A DNA stretch of 64,000 bases from the human T2T-CHM13v2.0 reference genome, Homo sapiens (GCF_009914755.1 NC_060926.1); one strand, 5' to 3'. Positions 28,230 to 43,064 are shown, numbered from the stretch's first letter. Notes: a model not told the origin generated them from the letters alone. Made by a program: numbers and translations.

Positions 28230-30800
28230 TTTACTTACAAATTCACTTAACAAATGTTTAGTAGTGCCTGTCAACTTTGCAACAAGGGTTATACAGAATA
28301 GAAATGAGGATATAAATGTAAGTAAAACAAAGCTCCCAGCCTCCAGGAATCTACAATTTAAATGGAGAGATGTGTTATACACAGAAACACTTTTAACATT
28401 GGGTCAAAAATAATAGGTAAGTTATATAAAAGAGGAAAAAGGATGTATAATGGAGGCTGAGAAGTCGATTCAATCTAAGCTGACCTAGAGAATTCAGGGA
28501 AGGATTTATGAGCACGGTGTCACACGAACTATGTCAGAGGCTAAGAGGTACCTTTCTTTTAGGAAACCTAAGATAACATTTCAGTCATTTGGATAAAGCT
28601 TTTTGGAATGGACCCAGAGATTTCTTTTCCATATCCAATAGCTATCCACTTATCTAAAACTCAGAGAGGCAATGGACTGAGTTTTTCTTACTCCCTCAGT
28701 ATAGTACTAATTAATTTACTATTACTCCCCACTACTGACCTCTACTACACGTTCATGATTCTGTTTTGCAGATTACTCACTAAACCTGATGTCTGCATTT
28801 GCATACTTAATATTATCTCTGGCAATCTCTACATAGCTCCATAATAAGGGCCAGAGAATACAGACTTTGAAGTGTAGATCAGATCTTCACAGGCACCTGC
28901 AAGGGTATTCCAGGCAGAGAAAGTTGCACAACCGCTGGCTTCACTCCGTAAAACAAAGTAAGAAGTGTTTAAAAGAAAGTTGCTTGTTTAAATGGCTAGA
29001 TGTATGAGCGTGCTTAAGAACCTAGGTCATAAGGAAAATGAATTTCAAATATTCGAGTACCTTGAATACAGGGCAAGGAAATTAGACTCCATTCTGTAGA
29101 CAACTGGTAATAATTGCATATTTTTTGAGGAAGGAAATTTCCTCACTAGAAATATGGAAACAAAGATTTTATCTCAAAGCACCCTGGAATATTAGAGAAT
29201 TAATTAATATGAACAATAAGACCAATTAAGAAACTATGATAATACCATAATATGAGACAATAAAGGTAGAGGTAGCAGAAATGGAAATTGGGCTTGGAAA
29301 GGGATGTGAAAACTTCTGAAATCTTGAGCAAACAGAACTGGATATATGAAGTGGAGAGAAGCTAAAGATGGTGTTAAATAAGCCTGGGTATTAGGTGATT
29401 GTTAGAACCTTAATAAAACCAGTGTCATTTACAGGATAGGCATGGCAGACAGAGTAGTTCAGGGTTTAGATTATTAATTCAGCTCTAAACACATTGTGGT
29501 TAAACTACGGTAGCCGACATCCAGATGGAGATGTTCAACATTTTGTTAGAAATGTTGATCCAGATTTGGAAGAAGTAAGCACTAGAGCTTTTGAAATGGG
29601 AAATATCTACATAGAAGTGAGATTGGAAATAAATAAATTGCCAAAGAAAAGAGTGTAGAGAGAAAATAAAAGTCAGGCAGAACCTCAAAGTACACTCCTC
29701 TTTAAGAAAACAGGATGAAGGAAATATATCCATGATGAAAACAGAGAAACATTAATTAGGGAAGCTAGAAGAAAATGAATGAAATACAACAGAATGTCAG
29801 TAAGGAGAGGATAAAAGAAGAGGGCTACTGACATTTTAAAATGCAAAAGATTCAAGGAGTAAGAAGTTTGAGAGAAGTTGTAAAACTATGTAGTATCTAT
29901 AGAACAGGTTGAGAAGAACCTAAATTTAAAAAGTGTAAAAATAGGTAAGGAATAAAATGAAGTAGAAAACGTATGGTGTAAGAAAGAACGAGATCATGTC
30001 CTTTGCAGCAACATGGTTGCAGCTGGAGGCCATTATCCTAAGAGAATTACACAGGAACAGAAAACCAAATACAGTATGTTCTCACTTATAAATGGAAGCT
30101 AAACACTGAGTACTTACGGATATAAAGATGGCAACAATAGTCACTGGGGACTCATGGAGAGGAGAGGGAGGGAGACGGGGAAAGCTAACCGTTGGGTACT
30201 ATGCTAACTATCTAGGTGAAGGGATCATTCACATCCCAAACCTCGGCAACACACAACATATCCACGTAACAAACCTGAAAATGTACCCCTAAATCTACAA
30301 TAAAAGTTGAAATTATTTTACAAAAAGGAAAAATTAAAAACTATACTGCAATTTATAGGATTCAGGAAATAAAAGATATATTAGATTTCCAAACTTAGAA
30401 GATTGAGTGAAGATTTTGTTTGATAAATGAAGGACTTATTTGTGTTAACAGTTTTTGAAAAAGATTCTAGTACATAATCAGAACCTTTAAATGTGGACTA
30501 TAAGAGAGATAATGTGGAACACATTTTCTAAGGCAATAATGGCAGAAGACATGGGACAAAGAATGAGGGTTAAGGAGTTAAACTTGGAGAGGCAAACTGG
30601 TGTTTTTATCTCTGAAACAGGAGAAAAAGAAGAATCTGTGAAAATAGCAAAGCAGATGTTCATTGGAGAGTAAGCACGTTGAAGGACTGAATTTAGGATA
30701 TTCTTGATCTTAAAGAAATAACTAGTGAGGCTAGTAGTGCAACATGGACAAAGAGAGAATAAGAGTTGGGCTGGGGCATAAGGAGAGTAGAAATTATTCG
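28230..30800 (-). mobile_element. Degraded L2 LINE in several pieces, interrupted by an L1 3' end
   Basis: attcacttaacaaatgtttagtagtgcc (L2 tail); gggtattccaggcagaga; gacatccagatggagatgttcaac; purine-rich + strand. Confidence 0.65.
29980..30326 (+). mobile_element. L1 3' end, 5'-truncated (L1PA16/17-like)
   Basis: gaacgagatcatgtcctttgcagcaacatgg...ttgggtactatgct...aataaaagttgaaatt. Confidence 0.9.
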
Positions 30801-32164
30801 AATTTGAATCAAGGTGATGTGACTTCTCTGATAGACTTTTGAGGCTACATAATGGTCATTTTATTCATGTAAATTCTCCTGTTATGATCCCCGAAGTTTG
30901 GTTATGTGTCAAAGGGATACGTTCAGCATGTATTTGAAAGAAAAATGGGACATCAGTACTAGAAGCTCCTAAAAGCATGTGTCAGACACAAAGGACAAGA
31001 GAAATGATATAAACTGAAGGGAAAGATGGAGCTTCATCGAACAGAGAACAATGTAAAAGTAGTACACTCTAATGATTTATACTGTGGCAAAAGGTCAAAA
31101 AATAAGCATGAGTTTATTTTTCTAAGTAACTAAGAACAGTGCATTATATCTGGTAATAAGGGTTTTTAAAAATAAAACCTAGCAATAAAGATGTAATAAT
31201 AATGATAATCATAATCACATTAATAATGAATAAAAGAACTTGAAGGAATAAGACATTTTAAATGAAGAATTTATTTATATTCAATAATGTTTTGGGCAAC
31301 CTGAAAAAGAATTTGTGTGCTGAGCAAAGTTGGTAACCTTGATACTGCTATAATTAGCTCTGTTGTCTTGGTCCACTATTAGAGCCACCTAAATAATTGT
31401 TATTTACATTTGTGAATTAAGAGTCCATTGTGTTTCAGAGTTGTAGGCCAAATACACCCAATGCTGCATACTGTGAATTCAAGAATTCACTGCTCTAAGA
31501 ATGAATGAGAACATTTTTTATGTTTCTGGCTTAGTGTCTCCGGGTTGCTTATATCTACAGTGTGTTCCACAGGGCTTAGCTTATTTACCCCACCCTGGGA
31601 GACACGATTCAAATGAAATTAGAATACATTTTTTCATTACATTTTTATTTTCTGTCCTTTCATCTGAAGCCTAAGGAACTTGACATTATAAGTGGAAAGG
31701 AGCAAAAAGATGATCAATCAAGGCTTTTAAGAGCTGCAGAGAAAGAGTCTGCAATACCTTTTTTCTTTATATCCAACATAAGCAAAATACAGCAGGTAAT
31801 GATGTGGGATGCAATAAAGATTTTATTATCATTTTATTGGGATGAACATCCTATCTTACTCATATTTCTACCTATGTAGTTCATTTATCCCAAACTTTTA
31901 GTAGTAAAGTTAATGGCATTCCACACTTCCTAACATTCCTGCACTATTTTGTGCTTTACGCATACGCGTATATGAAATGGCAAAATATATCAGTTCAAGG
32001 ATAAACAGAACCCAAGATTAAACTAAGTTACATAATGGTAAGTTAAGAGGTACACTGTTTGTATATTTAATCAGGAAATGAAATCTTAATCACTGTTGAC
32101 TTTCATCTCACATCTTCTTGCTGTGCTTCTGGAAATACCAGTTTCTTAAGGTCAATCATAATTG

Positions 32165-32370
32165 AAAATATAACTAACATTATTGAGCACCATTTTTTTT
32201 TGCCAGGCACTCTGCCTGGCACTTTACATTTCTTTATTTTACCAAGTCATGAGCTGCTTTTCTTATTTTATAAGAGAGGTTGTAACTTGCCTAAAGGTGC
32301 AAGGAATGACCTTATATGGATTCAAATATAGGTATTTCTGGCTGCAAATCACCTTCCACTAATAATATGC
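32165..32370 (-). mobile_element. MIR SINE fragment
   Basis: taacattattgagcacc...tgccaggcactctg...gaggttgtaacttgcctaaagg...ggattcaaa. Confidence 0.65.
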
Positions 32371-32996
32371 CTGGCAGAAAATGTTATTAAAATACTTTAA
32401 CAACTACTGTTCTTTGTCAACCCACTAAGCCACATTTCAGGAAAAAAAAAAAGAAAAAAGAACTAGCAAGGTGATCCCTCCAATATCCTCCTGAATCTGC
32501 AGAAACAACAACAAAAAAGGGCAGACTGGGAAATTAAAACTCTGCCAAAAACAAACCCAAGCTGTCAAAGAGAAGAAATAATTAAAGAAACGATGTAACT
32601 TTCACTTATAGTAAATGAAATTATATAAAATCAGACATGTTGAGAATTACGTAAAGTAGAAATAGTGACTTTATGCACAAAAACATAATTATGAGCATTC
32701 CCATAAAATTTAAAAATTAATAAGAATTGTATAATTTTCCATATGGAAGACAGAATGATGGTGAACTGTATATCTTCTATCAGTGTAACTGGCATGCAAA
32801 TGTATCCACCATTCTTTATTGGTATTTGTTTTCCATTATGTGTGGTCTTCCAGTATGAGTAACTTCATGTGAAACGTGACTATCTAATAAATATAAAATC
32901 TCCAACCTCTCTTTGTTTTAATTTTCTCATCTAAGAAATGGAAATACCACATCCCCTTTCTCATTAAGTATTCTTACTGATTATAAATAAACTCCT

Positions 32997-33165
32997 GGAT
33001 GGGTGCAATGTCATGCACCTGTTGTTCCAGTTACCCTGGAGGCTGAGATGGGAGGATCACTTGAGCCCAGGTGTTTGAGGCTGCAGTGAGGTATGATCAT
33101 GCCACTGCACTCCAGCTTGGACAAGAGACTGAGACTCCCATCTCTTAAAAAAAATTAAAAATAAA
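32997..33165 (+). mobile_element. Alu monomer (FAM/FRAM-like)
   Basis: ggatgggtgcaatgtcatgcacctg...ttgagcccaggtgtttgaggctgcagtgag; TSD-like taaactcct / taaattcct. Confidence 0.9.
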
Positions 33166-35029
33166 ACTAAAGTAAATTCCTAGAAATAAAGGCACTTTGA
33201 ACAGAATTTGCTTAAAGAAATTGTATCATTGTTAATAATTATAGTTCACTAAGGGTTATCTTAATTTGCTTCAATCAACCTGGCCAGCAACAGCTAGCAT
33301 TCTTACATAGGAAGATCATGAAAAAAGATTAGAAAATTAGAAAAAAGAGGAAATCATTTTAGTATAATTCAGTTATAATTCTATTGTGTTTGTTGTTATA
33401 AATAAAACTTTTTAAAAGGGCAAGTTTGATTGAACAAAACTCCCAAATTCCTTGACTATGCAATGGCATCAGATGTCTAAGGAAAGGAAACTTATAAGAC
33501 CATGTTTCTAATTACTTTAGGATTCACAAATTGCGATCATTTTTTTTTCCTACTGAAGACAACATTATCCAAGAAGAATTGCAATAATTATATATAAAAT
33601 TGTTAAGGAAAGAAAACATTTACCTAAAAATAACTACTTCATTCATAGGCTAAGGATTTTGTTATTTGTTTCAAAGAACAAAAACCAATAGATATGAAAA
33701 TATTTGTTAGTAAATCATTTTCAGGACACCTAGTTGCCATATTTCTGTTTCCAATTCTTTTTACGTAGGTTTCCTAATGACATCTTAAAGCATTCAACCT
33801 ATAATTTACATTAATTTTTAGATTTGACCAAGGAAAAGTATTTGCTGTGAAGTCATTGAGTTCTCCTAACTTTTACATGTTAAATAATAAGAAAAGATGA
33901 GAAATTAGGTGATGACTATTATATGTTAAAAGAGACTCTCTAAGTGTTTAGAATATGCTCTGAAATTACATTAGGTATGTGGGAAATCTGCTTATGAACT
34001 CTTTCATTATTTTACCTGGGAAACTAAACAGACCTTAAATCTGGACTACTAAAGATTCACCTTGATTAGAATTTCTTAGGGTTAAATGTGGAAGGGCCCC
34101 TAGGAAACCAATTTCCTAATACAGGCTTAGCCTGGATTTATATTGGAAACAGTAAAGAAGGCAGAACTTTGCCTCTCTTCTTCTGTTGTAGATTTTGCCA
34201 AAGGGAGCTATAGGGGAGCAAACGGTGATTGTCCAAATTTGTGCCTGATATTATTGGTTCAGTTGTTTATCACTGAATAGCTTCCATGTTATTCAGGCTT
34301 TCAACAAACATTTACTAAAAGCATAGAACTGTCCAGAGTCATGCTAAGCAATAAAGACAAATATTTAAGACTTGCTTGCTGCTCCTTAAGGATCTTACTT
34401 TCTATTATATGTAGAAACAAAAACATAACTAACCAAGGAAAGAAGCTTGGACATAAGTGCGGGATAAAGTTAGAGCATTAAGGATGGGCTGGCTAACAAA
34501 ATCACAATGTCATAGGACTTAAGAATGTCAAAATAATTTTACATACATTTTCTCATGAGATTTATATACAGTTTTCAAAATTAAAAAAATCACTATGCAT
34601 ATGACTATTTAAAAAGGAAGGTTAGAGCCAACTGTAAAAGAGATGTAGGATTCTATTTTTACCTGAGTGCCTCAAGAAGTAAAGGTAAAATGAGTTGAAG
34701 TATTTCTTGAACATGAGAAATAGGTTGAATATAAGAAAGAAGTTCTTTGCCACAAAGACAACCACCCAAAAAATGAAGACTCTGATAGTATATCCATCAG
34801 AATTCGGCATTTGATCATGAGTTAAGGAAACAAGGATTCAACATTGCTAACAAAATAAGCTTTTAAGTAGTTTCATCTACAGATCTTTGATATCCATGAT
34901 ACGGAATAGGCTGAGAAATATATAAATACTTGGACAAACTAACTATATACTTTTATTAAGCAAAACGTAATATAAAGTAATTTTTCTATATGTTAATTTG
35001 TTCATTTAGTCAGTCATCAAACATTTATT

Positions 35030-35381
<352 letters not shown>

Positions 35382-36236
35382 TAAGGCACTATGCTATCTA
35401 ATTGGAGAAAGGAAAGTAAATCAGATACAGATTCTAACAAATCTCACCTCAATAGGAGATCATTTGAAAACAACTCAGGAAATGGTAAATATCATATAAG
35501 AGGTAGAGAAAAATCGCTACAATGTCTCAAAAAGGGGAACATATTTCTAGCTTGTGTTAAGAGATGGGGGTTAGGAAAAACTTCACTGAAGAGGAGGATT
35601 TTAAGCAGGCCCTAGAAATATAAAAAAAAGGGCATTTTCAGAAAAGTGAAAGGCATTCCAGTTGAGAAAAAAAAGAATGTAGATTATCATGAACATTTGA
35701 AAAACAGAAGTTATTTCATGAAAACTCAAAACATCTCTGAAATATCAGGAGAGGTTTATCTGGGTCTGGAGAGGGAGGAACTAGTCATATAGATAATGAT
35801 TTTTCAAAAGTAGGCCAAAATGTTAGATTCTGTAATGTCTCAACTGTATTATTTGATGTAACAATGCCCTGTGTACAGAATAATAGAAATGTTTTAAGCA
35901 ACATTAAAATACTATAGAAGTTGGACTCAGACTCCCTTTTTAATGGTGAAGTTATTTGGATTGATTCATAATCCAAAGCATTTTTAAAGTTGGCTGGCTG
36001 GAAAATGCCAAATTAACAAGTGTTAACTAGTCTGATCTGAACTTTATTTCTTCTTGCTTGATGTTATCATTAAAAAAATAAATAATTCAGTCAAGGGCTA
36101 CTTTGAAGGACATGTGAGATGAAGGCACATCTAAGAAAGCAAGTGAGAAAAATTGAGAACACAGTTTTTTATATTTAATTTTTCACATATGTCCTTACAG
36201 ATGGCATTTTAAGATATTTGTAAGATATTTTAAAAG

Positions 36237-36366
36237 GGCCAGATGCAGTGGCTCATGCCTGTAATCTCAGCACTTTGTGGGCCACAGACAGGAGAAATGC
36301 TTGAGCCCAAGAGTTTGAAACCAATCAGTGCAATATAGCAAGACCCTGTCTCTAGAAAATATTTAA
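36237..36366 (+). mobile_element. AluJ left arm (element split by L1)
   Basis: ggccagatgcagtggctcatgcctgtaatc...agcaagaccctgtctctagaaaatatttaa. Confidence 0.9.
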
Positions 36367-37731
36367 GGGGGTGGGGACGAGATGACTGACTAGAAGCAGA
36401 GGCATTTAGAGGCTCCCATGGGAAAACAAAACAAAACAAAACAAAACATAATAAGTGTGTGAATCCTTCACCCCCAACGAAGGCCTCTGGGTTGGTGGAT
36501 CATCAAAATTGACTCTCTCATCAAAATTTACTAGAAGCCTGGTGTGACCCATGGAGAGAAGGAAGAACAGTGTAGTGTGACGGCCCACCTGAGAGCCACA
36601 CGGGGCAGGGGAACCCACTCCCCTAGCCAAGGGAGGCAGTGAGTGAGCGTGCTACCCAGCCAGAGAAACTGTGCTTTTTCCACAGATGTGTGGAACCCAA
36701 GATTGAAAGATCCCACTTGCGAATCTACACCACCAGGGCCTAGTGTCCCAACCTTGGATGGCACAGATTATTTTACAGCCTCTCAGCTGGAATCTGCTTA
36801 AGCCTACTGATCTCCCAGGGGGAGGGGTGACCAGCACTGGCTGGAGCTGTGGCTGCCTGCTATCTAAACAGTGAGGGGTAGCAGCCAGCACTGGAACTGG
36901 CAACTGCCTAACAAGCTAAGCTCCCCGGTTGGGGGAAGGGCGGCATCCATCTCTATAGCTTCAGGCTGTGCTTTTCCCCCTGCTGAAGCCAAGGAGGCTG
37001 GACGGCTCTGTATCAAGACTTCTCCCCACAGCCCAACACACCAGCTGTGGTAATCTGCAGCCAGAGTGCCTCTTCAGGCCTGACCCGGACCCATCCTTCC
37101 TCACTGGGCGGGGCTTCTCTGCAGGAACTCCAATAACTCCCAGCCAGAGGCTCAGGGACAGAATCTGGATCTCCCTGGGCCTGAGCCCCAAGGGGGAGGG
37201 GTGCCTGCAGTCTCTGTGGACCAGCTGACTTAGCCTCTCCTCCTGGTAGTTCTGAGACATCCAGGCAGCCCAGACGAGTGGGTTTCCCTCCAGCTTGGAG
37301 ACACACCCTGTCCACCAAGGGACAAAGTTCCCTGTTAAACGGGTCCTGTGCCCTGTGCCACCCAACTGGGTGAGACGCTCCAACAGGGGTTGTCAGACAC
37401 CCTATACAGGAGTGATCCTATTGGCATCAGGTTATAGCCCCTTGAGATCAGAGGTCCCAGAAGAAGGAGCAGTCACCCACATTTGCTGTTCTCCAGCCCG
37501 CTTGAGTGACATCTCCAGGCACAGGAGTGAATCAGATGAATAGGGCCTGAAGTGAACCCCCAGCAAACTGCAGCAGCCCTACAGAAGAGGAGGCCTAACT
37601 ATTGAAAGAAAAACAAACAAGCAGAAACCAACAACAACAGCATCAACAACAACAACAAAAAATGCCCCAACGAAAACCTCATCCAAGGGTCAGCATGGCC
37701 TCAAAGACCGAAACTAGACAAACTCACAAAG

Positions 37732-38757
37732 ATAAGAAAAAAAAATCAAAGAAAAAATGCTGAAAACTCAAAAAGCTAGAGTGCCTCTTCCCCTTCAAAT
37801 GATCATAATGTCTCTCCATCAAGGGTCCAGAACTGGATGGAGGATCAAATCGGCGAATTAACAGAAGAAGGCTTCAGAATATGGGTAATCAAAAACTATG
37901 TTGAGCCAAAGGAAATGTTCTAACCCAATGCAAAGAAGCTCAGAACCTTGACAAAAGGTTAGAGGAATTGCCACTAGAACAACCAGTTTAGAGAGGAACA
38001 TAAACGACCTGATGGTGCTGAGAAACACAATACAAGATCTTCGTAAATTATACACAGGTATCAACAGCCAAATCAACCAAGCAGAAAAAAAGATATCATA
38101 GCCTGAAGACCACCTTGCTGAAATAAGACATGCAGAGAAGAAAAGGGAAAAAAGAATGACAAGGAATGAACAAAGCCTCCAAGAAATATGGGACTTCATA
38201 AGAAGACTGAACCGACGATTGATTTGAGTACCAGAAGGAGATAGGGAGAATGGAAACAAGCTGGAAAACACATGTCAGGATATTATCCAGGAGAATTTCC
38301 CCAATCTAGCAAGACAGGCCAACATACAACTTCAGGAAATGCAGAGAACACCATTAAGATACTCCACGAGAAGATCAACCCCAAGAAACATAATCATCAG
38401 ATTCTCCAAGGTCAAAATGAAGGAAAAACTCTTGAGGGCAGCCAGAGAGAAATGTCAGGTCACCTACAAAGGGAAGCCCATCAGACTAACAGTGGACCTA
38501 TCAGCAGAAACTCTACAAGCCAGAAGAGATTGGGGGTCAATATACAACATTCTTAAAGAAAAAAATTTCAACCCAAAATTTCATATCCAGCCAAACTAAG
38601 CTTTATAAGCGAAGGAGAAATAAAATCATTTCCAGACAAACAAAAGCTGAGGGATTTTGTTGCCACCAGGCCTGCCCTGCAAGAGATCCTGAAAGAAGCA
38701 CTAAATATGGAAAGGAAAATCTACTACCAGCCACCGCAAAAACACACCAAAATATAA
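37732..38757 (+). pseudogene. L1 ORF1p remnant (disrupted)
   Basis: QRTPLRYSTRRSTPRNIIIRFSKV...KGKPIRLTVDLSAETLQARRDW; apparent start codon decayed to ATA; stops and frameshifts. Confidence 0.9.
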
Positions 38758-38821
38758 AAGATCAATGACACTATGAAGAAACTGCATCAACTAGTATGCA
38801 AAACAACCAAATAGCAGCATA

Positions 38822-41800
38822 ATGACAGGATCAAGTTCACACATAACAACAATAATCTGAAATATAAATGGCTAAATACTCCAGTTAAAAGACACAGACT
38901 GGCAAATTGTAAAAGGAGTCAAGACCCATTGGTGTGCTGTATTGAGGAAACCCATCTTATGTGCAAAGACATACATAGGCTCAAAATAAAGGAATGGAGG
39001 AAAATTTACCAAGCAAATGGAAAGCAAGACAAACAAACAAACAAAAAAAGCAGGGGTTGCAATCCTAGTCTCTGACAAAACTGACTTTAAACCAATAAAG
39101 ATCAAAAGAGACAAAAAAGGGAATTACATAATGGTAAAGGGAATAATTCAACAAGAAGAGCTAAGTATTCTAAATATCTATGCCCTAATACAGGAGCACC
39201 CAGATTCATAAAACAAGTTCTTAGAGACCTACAAAGAGACATAGACCACAATAATATTGGGATACTTTAACACCCACCTGTCAGTATTAGACAGATCAAT
39301 GAGACAGAAAATTAACAAGGATATTCAAGACTTAAACTCAGCTCTAGACCAAGTGGACCTAGTAAACATCTACAGAACCCTCTACCCCAAATCAATAGAC
39401 TATACATTCTTCTTAGTGCCACATGGCACTTATTCTGAAATTGACCACATAATTGGGAGTAAAACACTCCTCAGCAAATGCAAAATAACTGAAATCATAA
39501 CAGTCTCTCAGACCACAGTGCAATCTAATTCAAATTCAGAATTAATAAAGTCACTCAAAACCACACAGTTACATGGAAATTGAACAACCTGCTCCTGAAT
39601 GACTCCTGGGTAAATAATGAAATTAAGGCAAAAATCAAGAAGTTCCTTGAAACCAATGAGCATAAAGAGACAATGTACCAGAATTTCTGGTACACAGCTA
39701 AAGCAGTGTTAGGAGGGAAATTTATAGCACTAAATGCTCACATCAGAAAGCTAGAAAAATCTCAAATTGACACCCTAACATCACAATTAAAGGAGCAAGA
39801 GAAGTAAGAACAAGCTAATCCAAAAGCTAGCAGAAGACAAGAAAAAAACTAAGATCAGAGAAGAACTGAAGGATATAGATGCACGAAAAACCCTCCAAAA
39901 AAAAAAAAAATCAATGAATCCAAGGGCTGGGTTTTGAAAAAAATCAAAAAAATAGACCACTAGCTAGACTCATAAAGAAGAAGAGAGAGAATAAAATAGA
40001 CACAATAAAAAATGATAAAAGGGATATCACCACTGATCCCACAGAAATACAAACCACCATCGGGGAATACTATAAACACCTCTATGCAAAAAAATTAGAA
40101 AACCTAGAAGAAATCGATGAATTGCTGGACAAATACACTCTACCATGACTAAACTGGAAGAAATTGAATCCCTGAATAGACCAAAAACAAGTTCTGAAAT
40201 TGAGGCAGTAATTAATAGGCTACCAACAAAAAAAACCCAGGACTAGATAGAGTTACAGCTGAATTCTACCAGAAGTACAAAGAGGAGCTGGTACCATTCC
40301 TACTAAAACTATTCCAAACAATTGAAAAGGGGGGACTCCTCCCTAACTCATTTTATGAAGCCAGCATCATCCTGATACCAAAACCAGGAAGAGACACAAC
40401 AAAAAAAGAGAACTTCAGGCCAATATCTCTGAAGAACATCAATGCGAAAATCCTCAATAAAACACTGCAAACCGAATCCAGGAGCACATCAAAAAACTTA
40501 TCCACCACGATCAAATCAGCTTCATCCCTGGGATGCAAGGCTGGTTCAACATATGCAAATCAATACATGTAATCCATCATGCAAACAGAAGCAAAGACAA
40601 AAACCACATGATTATCTCAATACATGCAGAAAAGGCCTTTGATAAAATCCAACATCCCTTCATGTTAAAAACTCTTAATAAACTAGGTACTGATGGAACA
40701 TATCTCAAAATAATAAGGGCTATTTATGACAAACCCACAGCGTCAGTATCATTCAGTATCATATTGAATGGGCAAAAGCTGGAAGCATTGCCTTTGAAAA
40801 CTGGTATAAGACAAGGATGCCTCTCTCACCACTCCTATTCAACATAGTATTGGAAATTCTGGCCAGGGCAATCAGGCAAGAGAAAGAAATAAAGATTATT
40901 CACACAGGAAGAAAGGAAATCAAATCATCTCTGTTTCCACATGACATTATTTTATATTAAGAAAACCCCAACATCTCAGCCTAAAAACTCCTTGAACTGA
41001 TAAGCATCTTCAGCAAGTCTCAGGATACAAAATCAATGTGTGAAAATCACAAGCATTCTTTTACACTAACAATAGGCAAGCAGAGGGCCAAATCATGAAT
41101 GAACTTCCATTCAAAATCATTACAAAGAGAATAGAATACCTAGGAATACAGCTAACAAGGGATGTGAAGGGCCTCTTCAAGGAGAACTACAAACCACTGC
41201 TCAAGGAAATAAGAGAGGATCCAAACAAATGGAAAAACATTCCATTCTCACGGACAGGAAGAATCAATATTGTGAAAATGGCCATACTGCCCAAAGCAGT
41301 TTATAGATTCAATGCTATTCCCGTCAAACTACCATTGACATTCTTCACAGAATTTGGAAAAAAAAAACTATTTTAAATTTTATATGGAATCAAAGAAGAC
41401 CCTGTATAGCCAAGACAATCCTAAGCAAAAAGAACAAAGTTGGAAGCATCACGCTACCTGACTGCAAACTATACTACAAGGCTACAGTAACCAAAACAGC
41501 ATGGTATTGGTACCAAAACAGACATATAGACCAATGGAGCAGGACAGACACCTTAGAAATAATGCCACACATCTGTAACCATCTGATCTTCGACAAACCC
41601 GACAAAAACAAACAATGGGCAAAGGAACTCCTATTTAGTGAATGATGCTGGGAAAACCGGCAAGCCATATGCAGAAAACTGCAACTGGACCCCTTCCTTA
41701 CACCTTATACTTAAGATGGATTAAAGACTTAAATGTAAAACCCCAAACCATAAAAACCCTAGAAGAAAAACTAGGCAATATCATTCAGGACATAGGCATG

Positions 41801-42658
41801 GGCAAAGACTTCATGACAAAAATGCCAAAAGCAATTGCAACAAAAGCCAAAATTTACAAATGGGATCTAATTAAACTAAAGAACTTCTGCACAGCAAAAG
41901 AAACTATCATCAGAGTGAACAGACAATCTACAGAATGAGAGAAAACTTTTGCAATCTACTGATCTAAGGTCTAATATCCTGAATTTATAATGAACTTAAA
42001 CAATATTTACAATTAAAAAAAAAAAACAACTCCGTCAAAAAGTGGCCAAAGATATGAACAGACACTTCTCAAAAGAAGATATTTATGTGGGCAACATGTG
42101 AAAAAAAGCTCAACATCACTGATCATTAGAGAAATGCAAATCAAAGCCAAAATGAGATACCATCTCATGCCAGTCATAATGGCAATTAGTCAGGAAATAA
42201 TAGATGCTGGCGAGGCTGTGGAGAAATAGGAATGCTTTTACACTGTTGGTGGGAATGTAAATTCGTTCAACCATTGTGGAAGACATTGTGGAAGGCAATT
42301 CCTCAAGGATCCAGAACCAGAATTACCATTTGACCCAGCAACCCCATTACTGGGTGTATACCCAAAGGAATATAAGTTATTCTACTATAAAGACACATGC
42401 ACACATACCTTTATCACAGTACTATTTAGCAAAGACCAACCCAAATACCTATCAATGATAGACTGGATAAATAAAATGTGGTACATATATGCCATGGAAT
42501 ACTATCCAGCCATAAAAAGGAATGAGATCATGTCCTTTGCAGTGACATAGATGAAGCTGGTAGCTATCATACTCAGCAAACTAACACATAAGTAACACAT
42601 AAGTTTCTGTGAACAGAAAACCAAACACTGCGTGTTCTCACTCATAAGTGGGTGTTGA
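38822..42658 (+). pseudogene. L1 ORF2p (endonuclease/reverse transcriptase) remnant (disrupted)
   Basis: [42 protein letters not shown]...[21 protein letters not shown]. The RT FADD motif reads FPHD (40934-40945) and is followed by TAA. Confidence 0.95.
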
Positions 42659-42865
42659 ACATTGAGAACACATGGACACAGAGAGGGGAACAACATACAC
42701 CAGGGCCTGTTGGGGAGCGGGGGATGAGGGGAGGGAACTTAGAGGACGGGTCAATAGGTGCAGCAGATCACCATGACACATGTATATCTATGTAGTAAAC
42801 CTACACGTTCTGTACATGTATCCCTCTTTTTTTTTAGAAGAAGAAGAAATTTAAAAAAATTTTAA

Positions 42866-43034
42866 ACATTAGCCAGGTTTAGTTGTACATGCCTATGGTT
42901 CCAGTTAGTTGAGAGGCTGAGGAGAGAGAAAACCTTGAGTGTAGGAAATCAAGGCTGCAGTGAGGTATAATCCTGCTACTGCATGCCAGCCTAGGCAGCA
43001 GAGTGAGCCCCTGTCTCAAAAAAAAAAAAAAAAA
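42866..43034 (+). mobile_element. AluJ right arm (continuation of 36237-36366)
   Basis: attagccaggtttagttgtacatgcc...tcaaggctgcagtgag...ccctgtctc plus poly-A. Confidence 0.9.
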
Positions 43035-43064
43035 GCTTCAGTCTGCATACATTAATACTCAGGT

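Larger units (their letters stand above)
36367..42853 (+). mobile_element. Full-length inactive LINE-1 (about L1PA11-L1PA13)
   Basis: GC-rich 5'UTR (36367-~37730), ORF1 and ORF2 remnants in the ORF track, and 3'UTR gggagggaacttagaggacgggtcaataggtgcagc. Confidence 0.97.

Noticed and set aside
32201-32221. 9-bp hairpin TGCCAGGCA-CTC-TGCCTGGCA
   Set aside because: Short and inside a MIR; probably a local template switch or chance
36406-42696. Cluster of 60-140-aa ORFs, including RT/endonuclease-like peptides, that could suggest a novel retroelement system
   Set aside because: All are fragments of a standard decayed LINE-1, and the catalytic FADD motif is mutated
42712-42735. G-quadruplex-type motif GGGG-agc-GGGGG-atga-GGGG-a-GGG
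   Set aside because: This is the known G-rich tract of L1 3'UTRs and is not specific to this locus
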